Assembly (NCBI GenBank): GCA_023957215.1
Contig: JAMLHH010000003.1
Span: forward strand, 337-64,336
Reading direction: 5' to 3'
Length of the DNA stretch: 64,000 nucleotides
Source of the DNA: Chitinophagales bacterium
Lineage (GTDB): Bacteria > Bacteroidota > Bacteroidia > Chitinophagales > JADIYW01
Shown here piece by piece: positions 29,014 to 38,526 of the stretch. The notes beneath the pieces were generated by a model, which saw only the letters and a list, made by a program, of their open reading frames with translations, was not told the origin of the DNA and ran no database searches. The position numbers were made by a program, and so were the translations under genes. Numbering within the stretch: position 1 is the first letter of the stretch; every line of letters begins with the position of its first letter.

Positions 29014-29400
29014 ATGATTGTAAATATATTAGATACACATACTCTATTATGGTTTCTTTCCGGTGATAAAAACCTGTCAAAACAAGCGCGTCAAAAAATT
29101 GAACATAAAGAAACACTTAACTTTATTAGTTTAGCATCACTTTGGAAAATTGCAATCAAAATTAGTTTGGGAAAATTAATCATAACATTTCCTTTTTCAG
29201 ATTTTAAAACGATTTTAGAAGATAACGGATTTGCAATTTTACCTATTGAATTTGAAGATATTCAATTCATTATTGAAATGGATTTTCACCATAGAGATCC
29301 TTTCGATAGACTGATAATTGCTCAAGCAATCCATCATCAGGCAGATGTTATCTCAAAAGATGAAAGTTTCAAACATTATGACATCAATGTTTATTGGTAA
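29014..29400 (+). CDS. vapC: Type II toxin, PIN-domain VapC family
   Basis: 128 aa starting MIVNILDTHTLLWFL, with HHRDPFDRLIIAQA (PIN acidic residues). The ATG overlaps the antitoxin stop. Confidence 0.85.
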   Translation: MIVNILDTHTLLWFLSGDKNLSKQARQKIEHKETLNFISLASLWKIAIKISLGKLIITFPFSDFKTILEDNGFAILPIEFEDIQFIIEMDFHHRDPFDRLIIAQAIHHQADVISKDESFKHYDINVYW

Positions 29401-29411
29401 TTTATAACACG

Positions 29412-30206
29412 CTACAACCCTTTTCCCCGAATAAGTTCTAAGACAGATGCATGCACGATAGGATTTCCTGCCACAATAGTTTTACCGTAAAGCCAATCCC
29501 ACCCTCCTTTAAAATCTGTCACCACCCCACCGGCTTCTTGTATGATAAAAGCACCGGCAGCTACATCCCAAGGAGCCAAGCTGTATTCATAAAATCCGGC
29601 AAATTTATTCATTGCTACGTAAGCTAAATCCACAGATGCCGCCCCCAATCTTCTCACTCCTCTCGAAGAATGAATCAACCCTTCCAAAACTTCCAAATAA
29701 GCTTTGGATTTGGAAAAATCATAGTACGGGAAACCGGTAGCAATGAGCGAATCAGCTTGTTTTACGGATAATACTTCTAATCTTTCACCATTGAGATAAG
29801 CTCCTTGCCCTTTTGTAGCGTAGAAACACTCCTGACGATTTACTTCATAGACCAAACCGAAAACAGTTTCTTGGTGATGTTGCAAAGCAATAGAAACCGC
29901 ATACACCGGAATTTGATGTAAAAAGTTTGTCGTTCCATCTAAAGGATCAATGATCCACATCCATTCAGACTGTTTTTGCTCCACTGTACCTTCTTCCGTC
30001 AAAAATGAACTTTGGGGTAACAATGCCTGCAAACCATCGACAATCATTTTCTCAGATTCAATATCTACATAACTGACCAAACTATTCAAATCTTTGACAA
30101 CAATTTCACCCGTCTTCACTTTACCGTGACTACTATCAATAAATCGTGCAGCTTTTTCAGCAACAGCAATTACCTTTTGAATAAAATTATTGTCTATCAT
30201 TTTCAT
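29412..30206 (-). CDS. suhB: Inositol monophosphatase family protein
   Basis: 264 aa with the IMPase motifs WIIDPLDGTTNF and WDVAAG. Confidence 0.85.
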   Translation of the reverse strand: MKMIDNNFIQKVIAVAEKAARFIDSSHGKVKTGEIVVKDLNSLVSYVDIESEKMIVDGLQALLPQSSFLTEEGTVEQKQSEWMWIIDPLDGTTNFLHQIPVYAVSIALQHHQETVFGLVYEVNRQECFYATKGQGAYLNGERLEVLSVKQADSLIATGFPYYDFSKSKAYLEVLEGLIHSSRGVRRLGAASVDLAYVAMNKFAGFYEYSLAPWDVAAGAFIIQEAGGVVTDFKGGWDWLYGKTIVAGNPIVHASVLELIRGKGL

Positions 30207-30897
30207 ATTTCTTTTTCTTGACTTTAGGTTTACCTTCTATCAAAAAAACAAATTCTCCTTTGGGTTCGTTTTCTGTAAAATGCGCCAATAATTCTTGCGC
30301 TGTACCCCTACCAACAGTCTCAAATTTTTTACTGATTTCTCTCACAGAAACAAGTTGCCTTTCACCGATATCAGATGCTATTAACTGCTCCAAAAGCTTA
30401 AGTACTCTATAAGGCGATTCATAAAGAATGGTTGTACTATCATTTTCTAATATTTCGGCTAATTTTTTCATCCTACCTTTTTGATGCGGTAAAAAACCTT
30501 CAAAAATAAATCTATCAGTAGGGAAACCTGACACCACCAATGCCGGCACAAAAGCTGTCGCCCCAGGTAAACATTGTACTTGTATTTGTTGTGCAATCGC
30601 TTCTCTAATCAACAAAAATCCAGGGTCGGAAATACCGGGTGTACCGGCATCCGATATCAAAGCAATATCCATTCCTGCAAGCAGTCTATCTATGATAGAT
30701 TGCACCATTTTATGCTCATTGTGCATGTGATAGGACTGTGTAGGCGTATTGATTTCAAAATGTTTTAGAAGCTTGGAAGAAGTACGGGTATCTTCCGCCA
30801 AAATGAGTGATACAGACTGTAAAACATGGATGGCTCTAAAAGTCATATCCTCCAAATTTCCCACCGGTGTAGGAACGATATACAGCATGCCTGACAT
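30187..30897 (-). CDS. rsmI: 16S rRNA (cytidine1402-2'-O)-methyltransferase RsmI
   Basis: 236 aa starting MLYIVPTPVGNLEDMTFRAIHVLQSVSLILAEDTR, the canonical RsmI N-terminus. Confidence 0.88.
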   Translation of the reverse strand: MSGMLYIVPTPVGNLEDMTFRAIHVLQSVSLILAEDTRTSSKLLKHFEINTPTQSYHMHNEHKMVQSIIDRLLAGMDIALISDAGTPGISDPGFLLIREAIAQQIQVQCLPGATAFVPALVVSGFPTDRFIFEGFLPHQKGRMKKLAEILENDSTTILYESPYRVLKLLEQLIASDIGERQLVSVREISKKFETVGRGTAQELLAHFTENEPKGEFVFLIEGKPKVKKKKYENDRQ

Positions 30898-30914
30898 AAT
30901 ACAAAGATAAGATT

Positions 30915-30949
30915 AATAAAATAAAATGGGGAGTTCTTTTGAACTCCCC
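30915..30949 (-). terminator. Rho-independent terminator after the tandem-OsmC gene
   Basis: Hairpin GGGGAGTTC-TTTT-GAACTCCCC (30928-30949), followed on the minus strand by ATTTTATTTTATT. Confidence 0.7.
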
Positions 30950-30983
30950 ACAACTTACTTCAATAGTAAAAAAACTTTTACTA

Positions 30984-32033
30984 TTATACCACGGCAGCTT
31001 CCGTCGGGACTATGACATGTTTTGCCACAACTTCTACCGGATTGACAATATTGTCAAGCACCGGACATAAAGCCTCTACCTGCTTAGACAATCTTTCCAA
31101 AACTTCAGGGCTTTCGTTAGAAACAAGTTCCGTTACATATTCGATTTTCTGATAACCCGGGCGGACATTGTCATCTATTGCCAAAAGTCCTCTTACATCT
31201 AAGTAGCCGGTCACGACGATATTCACTTCATCTATCCGTATGCCTTTCAATGCAGCCAAAGCCTTATATACAATAGACTGGCACGCTCCCAAAGCTGCTA
31301 AAAGATACTCCAATGGATTGGGTGCAGATTCCAAACCGCCATAAGTCGTTTCTTTATCCACTTTAAAGCTAAAGCTTCTGGCTTTCACCTCATTGGTCAA
31401 TTTTTCTTTCAAGAAGACATCTGTTTCAAATACAGATGCAGCAATTTCAGGATTTGCTTTTATCTGTCCGATTAGTTGTTGCAATCCATCTTTAATTTTT
31501 GAAACATCTTCATGTTCTTTATAATCGGATGGTGTCACTATCAATTTACCCGCTACTTCTATCTCATTAGACAAAATATCTAATACCGGACAATACCTTT
31601 TCACTGTATCATATAATCTGTTGACCTTCTCTTCGTCTTCTTCTGTTTTTACGATAGTTTCTGCCTCTACCTTATTAAAGCCCGGGCGGACATTAGAATC
31701 TATCGCTAAGAAACCTCTCAAATCGAGATGACCTTTCAGTTTGACTTGTAAATCTTCAAAAGGTATTTTATGTCCCAAAGCTAAGATGCGATAGACAATA
31801 GTTTGGCAAGTTCCCAATGTAGCCAATAGATACTCCACCGGATTTGGTGCTAGGTCTGTACCTCCTAAAACGGCAGGTTCGTCAAAATTAAATTGATGTT
31901 GACCTATGCTTGCTTTTACGAATAGACCTTCAGACAGATGTGTTTCTGCAACAAATATATCGGTTCTTTTTTCAGGGTTTTCTTTTACTGTTTTCACTAA
32001 TGTAGTGATTGAATCTTGAATATTTTTAGACAT
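30984..32033 (-). CDS. Tandem OsmC/Ohr-family (two-domain) protein
   Basis: Two repeats, each with the OsmC pattern: NPVEYLLATLGTCQTIVY...RYCPVLD and NPLEYLLAALGACQSIVY...ALCPVLD. I chose the start at ATG 32033 (MSKNIQDS...); the ORF track extends to 32123. Confidence 0.8.
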   Translation of the reverse strand: MSKNIQDSITTLVKTVKENPEKRTDIFVAETHLSEGLFVKASIGQHQFNFDEPAVLGGTDLAPNPVEYLLATLGTCQTIVYRILALGHKIPFEDLQVKLKGHLDLRGFLAIDSNVRPGFNKVEAETIVKTEEDEEKVNRLYDTVKRYCPVLDILSNEIEVAGKLIVTPSDYKEHEDVSKIKDGLQQLIGQIKANPEIAASVFETDVFLKEKLTNEVKARSFSFKVDKETTYGGLESAPNPLEYLLAALGACQSIVYKALAALKGIRIDEVNIVVTGYLDVRGLLAIDDNVRPGYQKIEYVTELVSNESPEVLERLSKQVEALCPVLDNIVNPVEVVAKHVIVPTEAAVV

Positions 32034-32585
32034 GATTTTATATTTTAAATGGTTAAATTTTGATTTGAATAAATTAAGAATGTTCGACCGTCCATGAAAC
32101 CTATCGATTCCACTGCCAGCCATTTTTCGGATGGTAAAAGTGATAATGTGCCTAACAGCACATACAGCAACACATTCGCATGCACATAGACATACGACTA
32201 TTTTCCAAATTCAAAATGAATTTAACTTCGGGGGTCACGGACAAATTATAAAATTCTTTGCTCATATCTCTTCATTTATATTTCCTCTTTCGAGGTCTGG
32301 ATTTGGCACCTTTGCAATTTGCCGGTTGCCAGTGGGTCACAGAGCCAGTCTCTCTCCACATTCTTTATAAATCGTTGCACTTTGTTGAGTGCGCTGACCA
32401 TAAGTCTAATACAATGATAAGACAGTTTTTTATAAAACAAAAACTTTTTGTATTTTTTTTATTGGAGTGGGATTACTTTATTCCAAAACAAGTTGACAAG
32501 CTTTATAAAAAAAGATGCTCAAAAATAAAATCATGGTCATTTAATCAAGATTTTTAGTAATTTTAGATACTTCAAATTACTTTTT

Positions 32586-35500
32586 ATGAGAGCCAAGTCC
32601 CTTCTTCTGTTTTCTTTACTTTTTTTCTATTTAACCAAAATAGATGCTCAAGGTATTCAGGTGGATGAGATCCCGTTGAATAATATAGATGCGAGAATGT
32701 CCTTTGAACAAGATGATTATTATATTCTTCAGATTGATAAAAAGACTTCCGTTGGGCAACTAAAGAATTTTCATACACTCGGTAATCAATGGATAGCAAT
32801 GAGGTGGAAAGATATCCAAGAGCAAGGACTATTGTTAAACAATCAGATTTTAAAGTTTGGAAGACTGATACCGTCCTCAAAAATAAGTAATGCACTTGAT
32901 TACGATTTTGACCTTAATAAACGATACAAATCACATGAAACTTTATGGTTTTACGTTCAGACATGGGGAACAAAAGACGAAACTCAGGCACTTCTAAAAA
33001 CTTTGGAAATTAGTGATTTTTCTTGGGACAATAACAGCCAGCTATTAAAAGTCTCTGCCAATGACAGACAAATTAAAGAATTATCTCAAGTAAATTTTAT
33101 CTCTTACATCGAACCTATTTCAGAAAAGCGGACTCCACTCCTCAACACCATGAGATCTTTGATGAATATTGATATCGTTCAAAGTCCTGAACCACTCGGA
33201 TTGAATCTAAAGGGCGAAGATATCAATTTGGGGATTTGGGACGATGGAATAGGTGGATTCCATAAAGATTTGGAAGAAAACATCATCAATGTTGACAGGA
33301 ATTTTTATGGAGCGTCAGCTTCACAACACACTACTTTAACAACAGGTGCCATACTTTCAAAAGGACTTTTACGCCCGGACTTTATTGGAGCAGCTCCAAA
33401 AGCCAAAGCTTATATTTATGATTTTTTTGGCGAGGTCTTAAATCAGATTTTAGATGCCAACCAAAAGTACGATGTCTTTGCAACCAACCATTCATACAAT
33501 TTAGGAGATGCTTACAGATGTTTTTATGATTATCAGTATTCCACTGCCAGTACTCAGATAGATCAATTTGCTATTGACCATCCTCAGATTACAAATATAT
33601 TTGCAGCGGGCAATTCGGCACGAGATTGCCCTTATGATTTTAAAACCATTGTACCCGGATTTCAATATGGGAAAAATGTCATACTTGTCGGAAATTTGCA
33701 AAATAATGAAACTTTCTATCCCGGGAGTGCCAAAGGACCGACCAACGATGGCCGGTTTGCACCACATATCATGGCCAAAGGATCCAGTTCCTTTACACCG
33801 ACAACCGGATTTGTGCTTCCTACTCCGGTGGACGGATACACACACGGATATGGAACTTCTTTTGCTTCTCCTGTCGTAACAGGTGTCGTAGGATTAATGC
33901 AAGAGGCTTATTTGAAAAAACATAACGATTATCCACTTAATGCTACCATCAAAGTCATTTTATGTAATACTGCAAAAGATATCGGAAGAAAAGGTCCTGA
34001 TTACGATTATGGTTTTGGAAAATTAGATGCATACCAAGCTGTCAAATCTATTATAGATGAAAGCTATATAGAAGATGCTGTTTCAAATAATGAAGAAAAA
34101 AGCTTTGAAATACAAGTTCCTGATGGGGTTAAGGAATTGAAAGTACTTATCACGTGGAATGATATACCTGCATCTCTACCCAATGATAAAGTGTTGGTCA
34201 ATGATTTGGATTTAGAAGTTATTTCACCTGAAAGAACTTTTTTGCCCTTAGTACTCAATCCGAGTCAACCTGAAAGTCCGGCTGTCGAAGCGAGAGACAG
34301 CGTCAATAATATCGAACAAGTGGTCGTTAAAAATCCTCCAGCAGGAACTTATATCATCAAAGTAAAAGGTCATTTCGTCATCAATTCTCAGCAAGATTTT
34401 TCCATTTCCTACTGGTTGAATCCGGATGAGTTTAAATGGAATTATCCTCTGAAAGATAATATTTTAAATGCAAACGAGAGAAATATTCTTAGATGGAGAG
34501 CTGAGACAGATATCAGTTATTTAGATTTAGAATATTCTTTAGATGATGGTCATCAATGGATAAGTATCGGTCGTCAATTACCTGACTCTAACTACTATAC
34601 TTGGACGACTCCGTCCGGTCATTATAGAAATGTTGTAGTCAGAGCATTGCGTCCAGACGGCTCGGTTTTATCAGTGTCAGATAAATTTGCAATAAGTCCG
34701 TTGTTGACTATCAAGGCAAGTGCTTGTTTTGGACATATCACAGCGACATGGGATTCTATTGGTGCAGATCAGTATATTTTATCTGTTTTGAATGATAAAA
34801 ACGAGTGGGAAGACATAGGTGTTACTAATGAAAATAAGTGGATTGTTAATCATTTAAAGTTAGGTCAGGAGTATTATTTTGCCGTCAGACCCGTCTTCAA
34901 TACTTGGGAAGGCAAAAGAAGTTATGCTGTAAAACTCACTTATACAAATGCCGGAAATTGCTCCTTGGATGAAAAAGAGATGGCAGTCACATCTATCACA
35001 CCTCAAGAAGGAGCCATACAATCCGATTATGCATTGAAAGACGATGAAACTCTGCATTTTGAAATCCGAAACTTTTCTTCATTCCCAATTCCCAATGTAA
35101 AATTATTTTACCAAGTAGATCAAGAAGATGTTCATGAAGTCGATCTAAATATATTGACCAAAAATCAAGTTAAAAATTACACTTCTACCGAAACGTATCA
35201 TTTCTCAAAACAGGGAATTTATCAAGTACACGCATGGTTGACAAGTACTGATACGGATGTGATATCAGACACTTTGATTCATTATATATATCAGAAAGAA
35301 TCAGCAGTAGCATCTTTTCCTTATTTTCAAGATTTTGAATCTACAGATGATACCTTATTGCTTACTTCAAATACAGTAGGCATTGAAAAAGCACCCGAAT
35401 GGGATTATATCAAAACCGGGACGGGTAGATTATTTAATTTTATTTCTTCATCCTTTTCACCCAACGGGAAAAAAGCTTTAACAATTGACTCTTATATGAA

Positions 35501-37844
35501 CAAAAGCGTTGCAAATAATTCTTTATATCTCAATATAGATTTATCGAGTCAGCAGGACTCTTTGGTCTATTTGGATTACAAATTTGTTCAAAGAAACGGC
35601 AATGTCGTCGGAGATAGTATATATATTCAAGGGAATCCCCTCAATGATTGGATGCCTTTGGCAAGCATTTATCAACCTTCAGCAGTTGCAGGAAACATCT
35701 ATCAGATAAATAGAATCAATCTTTCAAAAGCAATAGCAGAAAGCAACCAGATATTTTCAAATCATAGTGTCCTCAAATTTACAATGAATACTGCTAATAA
35801 TACTGCAACGATGTCCACTAACGGTGGTTATACTTTAGATGATATTAAAATTTACAACGGCGGTATAGATTTGGCATTGGATTCTATTCTTACAAAAGAG
35901 GTCTATTGTGTAGATAAAAACGCTCTTCCTTTTACAATACCAATTAGCTTAGTCGGAAGAAACAATTCTCCACAGACTATACCTGTTGGTGAAGTTTTTT
36001 TCTCCATCATCATAAATGGTGATACTGTACAAACAGAAACCAATGATGCAGAAATTTTGCCTTATCAAACTTTCACCCATACATTTAATGTTTCCGTCAA
36101 TATTGACAATTATAAAAGCATAGAGATGGGAGCTGATTTATACTTTGATAAAGACTTTATCACAGAAAATAATAGCATAAAAAATCAGCCTCTCAATGTC
36201 ATTCAAAATATCACTCATTTTCCTTTAGAACTCAATTTTAATGAAGATGACGAAATAAAACTTGTTCCATCCGGTCAAGCTTATAGTTGGGAATTGGGCA
36301 GACCTTCAAAACATTACATTTATGATGTAGCTGACAATCCCGGCAATGCATATATCACAGATTTAAAAAACTTTTATCCACCTAATGAAGAGTCTTATTT
36401 ATATGTTGGTTGTTTTGAAACAAAAGATTTGACACTCAATAGTGAACTTGCATTTATGATGATTTTTAATACGGAAGTTGGCTCAGACGGTCTTTGGATG
36501 GAATATTCGTATGATGGAAAAGAATGGTCAGATGTAGGAGATTCCCAATCAGGATATAATTGGTATAATGAAGATAATTATAACGCATGGGACGGAGACA
36601 GGCTGATCTGGCAAGTGGCATCTCTTCCTCTCAATGAATTTGCCCCTTTAGATCCTCTATTGAGTAGTCCTATTTATTTCCGATTCGGTTTTGCCTCAAG
36701 TGAATATATTGAAATGGAAGGTGTGGGAATAGACAAATTTAGAATCAATACAACCGCTGAGGCAAAGATAGAATCCACCTCTATTCAAGTTAGAGGAATA
36801 AGTTTAGGCAAAGGAATTGTAGCGCTTGAAAAAGACGGAATTATCTATGCTTATTTAGATGATCAGGGACAAAAATTAGGTAATATCACTTTAGATATTG
36901 TTACAACTAATAGCAATCTACCTACTTATCGCGATAAATTTTTAATGCCAAGATATTATCATATACATACGGAAAATGAAGTTCTAAAACCTTATCGCTT
37001 GATTTTGTTTAATAAAAACACCGAATATCTAAATTATCTCGCAAAAGATACCACAATAGGAAGAATGGGCGAAATCGGTTATTTAGTATATGATGGTCTC
37101 AATATTGATACAGATTATCGAAACAATCATTTCAGTCAAAACTATACCTTCTACCATCCCGACAGTTTGGACTTTTGTCCATATAAAGATGGCTATGAAT
37201 TGAGGTTTTCTATGGATAAAAAAGATGCAGAAATATACCTTACCAGTCACAATGGAAACCAATCTGCCTATCCTATTTTATCTTCTATCGTTAATTTAAA
37301 AGTTGAAAGAGCTGAAAATGAGGACAAAACACTCATCCAATGGCTGACTCAAAATGATGAAGCTACTATTGATTATATAGTCCAATATAGTGATGATGCC
37401 GTCAACTTTTATGATATAGAAACCATCGCCAAAAATACAACAGGCTCTTACCTCTATGAAGATTCTCTACACAATAAAAACGGTGAACACTATTACAGAA
37501 TTATTGCTAAAAATGATTTGGCTTCTTATTATTCATTGATAGATTCTGTTACCATAAGACGAGCTGTTACAAACATTAAAAATGAAGCTGCCCAAGAATG
37601 GTCAGTTACTTATTTGGGCAAGGGTTATTTACAATATAGTCTTAATAGCATTCATTTTAACAATCCGAAATATAGAATCATAGATATTTCGGGAAAAATA
37701 ATTGATGAATGGAAAAATTCATCTACTGAAAACAGTCATACTCATTATTCCCCAAAATTAAATTCTAAAGTAAGCGGTATTTATATCTTGCAGGTTTTAG
37801 ACGGAAAAATGGGTACGAGTACTAAATTTGTAAAGAGTGACTGA
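32586..37844 (+). CDS. Giant secreted subtilisin-family (S8) serine protease with T9SS C-terminal sorting domain
   Basis: 1752 aa. Signal peptide MRAKSLLLFSLLFFYLTKIDAQ. Asp box LGIWDDGIGGFHKDL, His box SQHTTLTTG, Ser box GYGTSFASPVVTG. The C-terminus ...VSGIYILQVLDGKMGTSTKFVKSD is Por_Secre_tail-like. Confidence 0.85.
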   Translation: MRAKSLLLFSLLFFYLTKIDAQGIQVDEIPLNNIDARMSFEQDDYYILQIDKKTSVGQLKNFHTLGNQWIAMRWKDIQEQGLLLNNQILKFGRLIPSSKISNALDYDFDLNKRYKSHETLWFYVQTWGTKDETQALLKTLEISDFSWDNNSQLLKVSANDRQIKELSQVNFISYIEPISEKRTPLLNTMRSLMNIDIVQSPEPLGLNLKGEDINLGIWDDGIGGFHKDLEENIINVDRNFYGASASQHTTLTTGAILSKGLLRPDFIGAAPKAKAYIYDFFGEVLNQILDANQKYDVFATNHSYNLGDAYRCFYDYQYSTASTQIDQFAIDHPQITNIFAAGNSARDCPYDFKTIVPGFQYGKNVILVGNLQNNETFYPGSAKGPTNDGRFAPHIMAKGSSSFTPTTGFVLPTPVDGYTHGYGTSFASPVVTGVVGLMQEAYLKKHNDYPLNATIKVILCNTAKDIGRKGPDYDYGFGKLDAYQAVKSIIDESYIEDAVSNNEEKSFEIQVPDGVKELKVLITWNDIPASLPNDKVLVNDLDLEVISPERTFLPLVLNPSQPESPAVEARDSVNNIEQVVVKNPPAGTYIIKVKGHFVINSQQDFSISYWLNPDEFKWNYPLKDNILNANERNILRWRAETDISYLDLEYSLDDGHQWISIGRQLPDSNYYTWTTPSGHYRNVVVRALRPDGSVLSVSDKFAISPLLTIKASACFGHITATWDSIGADQYILSVLNDKNEWEDIGVTNENKWIVNHLKLGQEYYFAVRPVFNTWEGKRSYAVKLTYTNAGNCSLDEKEMAVTSITPQEGAIQSDYALKDDETLHFEIRNFSSFPIPNVKLFYQVDQEDVHEVDLNILTKNQVKNYTSTETYHFSKQGIYQVHAWLTSTDTDVISDTLIHYIYQKESAVASFPYFQDFESTDDTLLLTSNTVGIEKAPEWDYIKTGTGRLFNFISSSFSPNGKKALTIDSYMNKSVANNSLYLNIDLSSQQDSLVYLDYKFVQRNGNVVGDSIYIQGNPLNDWMPLASIYQPSAVAGNIYQINRINLSKAIAESNQIFSNHSVLKFTMNTANNTATMSTNGGYTLDDIKIYNGGIDLALDSILTKEVYCVDKNALPFTIPISLVGRNNSPQTIPVGEVFFSIIINGDTVQTETNDAEILPYQTFTHTFNVSVNIDNYKSIEMGADLYFDKDFITENNSIKNQPLNVIQNITHFPLELNFNEDDEIKLVPSGQAYSWELGRPSKHYIYDVADNPGNAYITDLKNFYPPNEESYLYVGCFETKDLTLNSELAFMMIFNTEVGSDGLWMEYSYDGKEWSDVGDSQSGYNWYNEDNYNAWDGDRLIWQVASLPLNEFAPLDPLLSSPIYFRFGFASSEYIEMEGVGIDKFRINTTAEAKIESTSIQVRGISLGKGIVALEKDGIIYAYLDDQGQKLGNITLDIVTTNSNLPTYRDKFLMPRYYHIHTENEVLKPYRLILFNKNTEYLNYLAKDTTIGRMGEIGYLVYDGLNIDTDYRNNHFSQNYTFYHPDSLDFCPYKDGYELRFSMDKKDAEIYLTSHNGNQSAYPILSSIVNLKVERAENEDKTLIQWLTQNDEATIDYIVQYSDDAVNFYDIETIAKNTTGSYLYEDSLHNKNGEHYYRIIAKNDLASYYSLIDSVTIRRAVTNIKNEAAQEWSVTYLGKGYLQYSLNSIHFNNPKYRIIDISGKIIDEWKNSSTENSHTHYSPKLNSKVSGIYILQVLDGKMGTSTKFVKSD

Positions 37845-38526
37845 TCAACATCTTTATAGAGAAATTGTAACGACACAAGATGGTTCAAGAACTATCTATG
37901 TTCCGGAATTAAATGAACATTATCACTCAAAATTTGGAGCAATACAAGAGTCCAAACATATTTTTATTGATGCCGGACTCAAGTATTATATAGAAAAAAA
38001 TCATCCTATACAACTCAATATTTTTGAAGTAGGGTTTGGTACCGGCCTCAATACCCTGCTAACCATCTTATCAGCCTCTACCCCCCCAATAAATGTTTAT
38101 TACGAGACAATAGAAGCATATCCTGTTCATATAGATGAAATCAAACACCTACATTATTCAGCACAAATTGGAAATGATTCAGATTTGATATTCCATCAAA
38201 TTCACAATACAGCTTGGCATCAAGATGTAAAACTTAACACCCATTTCACGATACACAAAAAACAAGGTTTTTTGCAAGAATGGAGTTCAAATAAAAAATT
38301 TGATATCGTCTATTTTGATGCTTTCGCACCGGAAGTTCAATCTAATTTATGGACAGAAGAAATTTTTGCAAACCTTCATCATTTTATGAATAAAAACGGT
38401 ATTCTCGTCACCTATTGTGTGAAAGGAAGTGTCAAGAGAGCCTTAAAAGCAAGTGGATGGAAAGTAGAGAAGCTTCCCGGACCACCCGGTAAACGTGAAA
38501 TCATCAGAGCATATTATCAAGAATGA
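37837..38526 (+). CDS. mnmD: tRNA (mnm5s2U34)-methyltransferase MnmD (stand-alone MnmC methyltransferase domain, DUF752)
   Basis: 229 aa with TTQDGSRTIYVPELNEHYHSKFGAIQES and EVGFGTGLN (SAM motif I). It appears to use a GTG start that overlaps the protease stop. Confidence 0.75.
   Translation: MTDQHLYREIVTTQDGSRTIYVPELNEHYHSKFGAIQESKHIFIDAGLKYYIEKNHPIQLNIFEVGFGTGLNTLLTILSASTPPINVYYETIEAYPVHIDEIKHLHYSAQIGNDSDLIFHQIHNTAWHQDVKLNTHFTIHKKQGFLQEWSSNKKFDIVYFDAFAPEVQSNLWTEEIFANLHHFMNKNGILVTYCVKGSVKRALKASGWKVEKLPGPPGKREIIRAYYQE

Larger units (their letters stand above)
27703..29017 (+). pseudogene. DUF2281-type antitoxin gene split by an IS630-family insertion
   Basis: The N-terminal part 27703-27801 reads MENALLYQQIAELPEALKKEVQNFIDNLINKTI. 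The C-terminal part 28883-29017 reads CRLANNKKTAMNKKSKHPKFGFYKGKIKIQDDFDEPLDDFKEYI*. Its stop overlaps the vapC ATG (ATGA). Confidence 0.75.

Noticed and set aside
28880-29116. A 78-aa minus-strand ORF
   Set aside because: It is antisense to the antitoxin C-terminus and the vapC start, and it is hydrophobic and low-complexity with no support.
32304-32322. A sigma-54 type promoter (TGGCAC...TTGC) upstream of the protease gene
   Set aside because: The GG-to-GC spacing is 7 nt to the first TTGC and 14 nt to the second, not the required 10 nt.
32290-32400. Cobalamin-riboswitch-like fragments on the minus strand (GGTGCCAAATCC and CCCACTGG)
   Set aside because: The order of the elements is reversed relative to the riboswitch consensus. 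No B12 box is present, and the downstream OsmC gene has no link to cobalamin.
32131-32557. Two overlapping + strand ORFs (79 and 99 aa) in the OsmC-protease spacer
   Set aside because: They overlap each other, use a non-ATG or weak start, and show no recognisable motif or signal. The region is kept only as unassigned (see findings).
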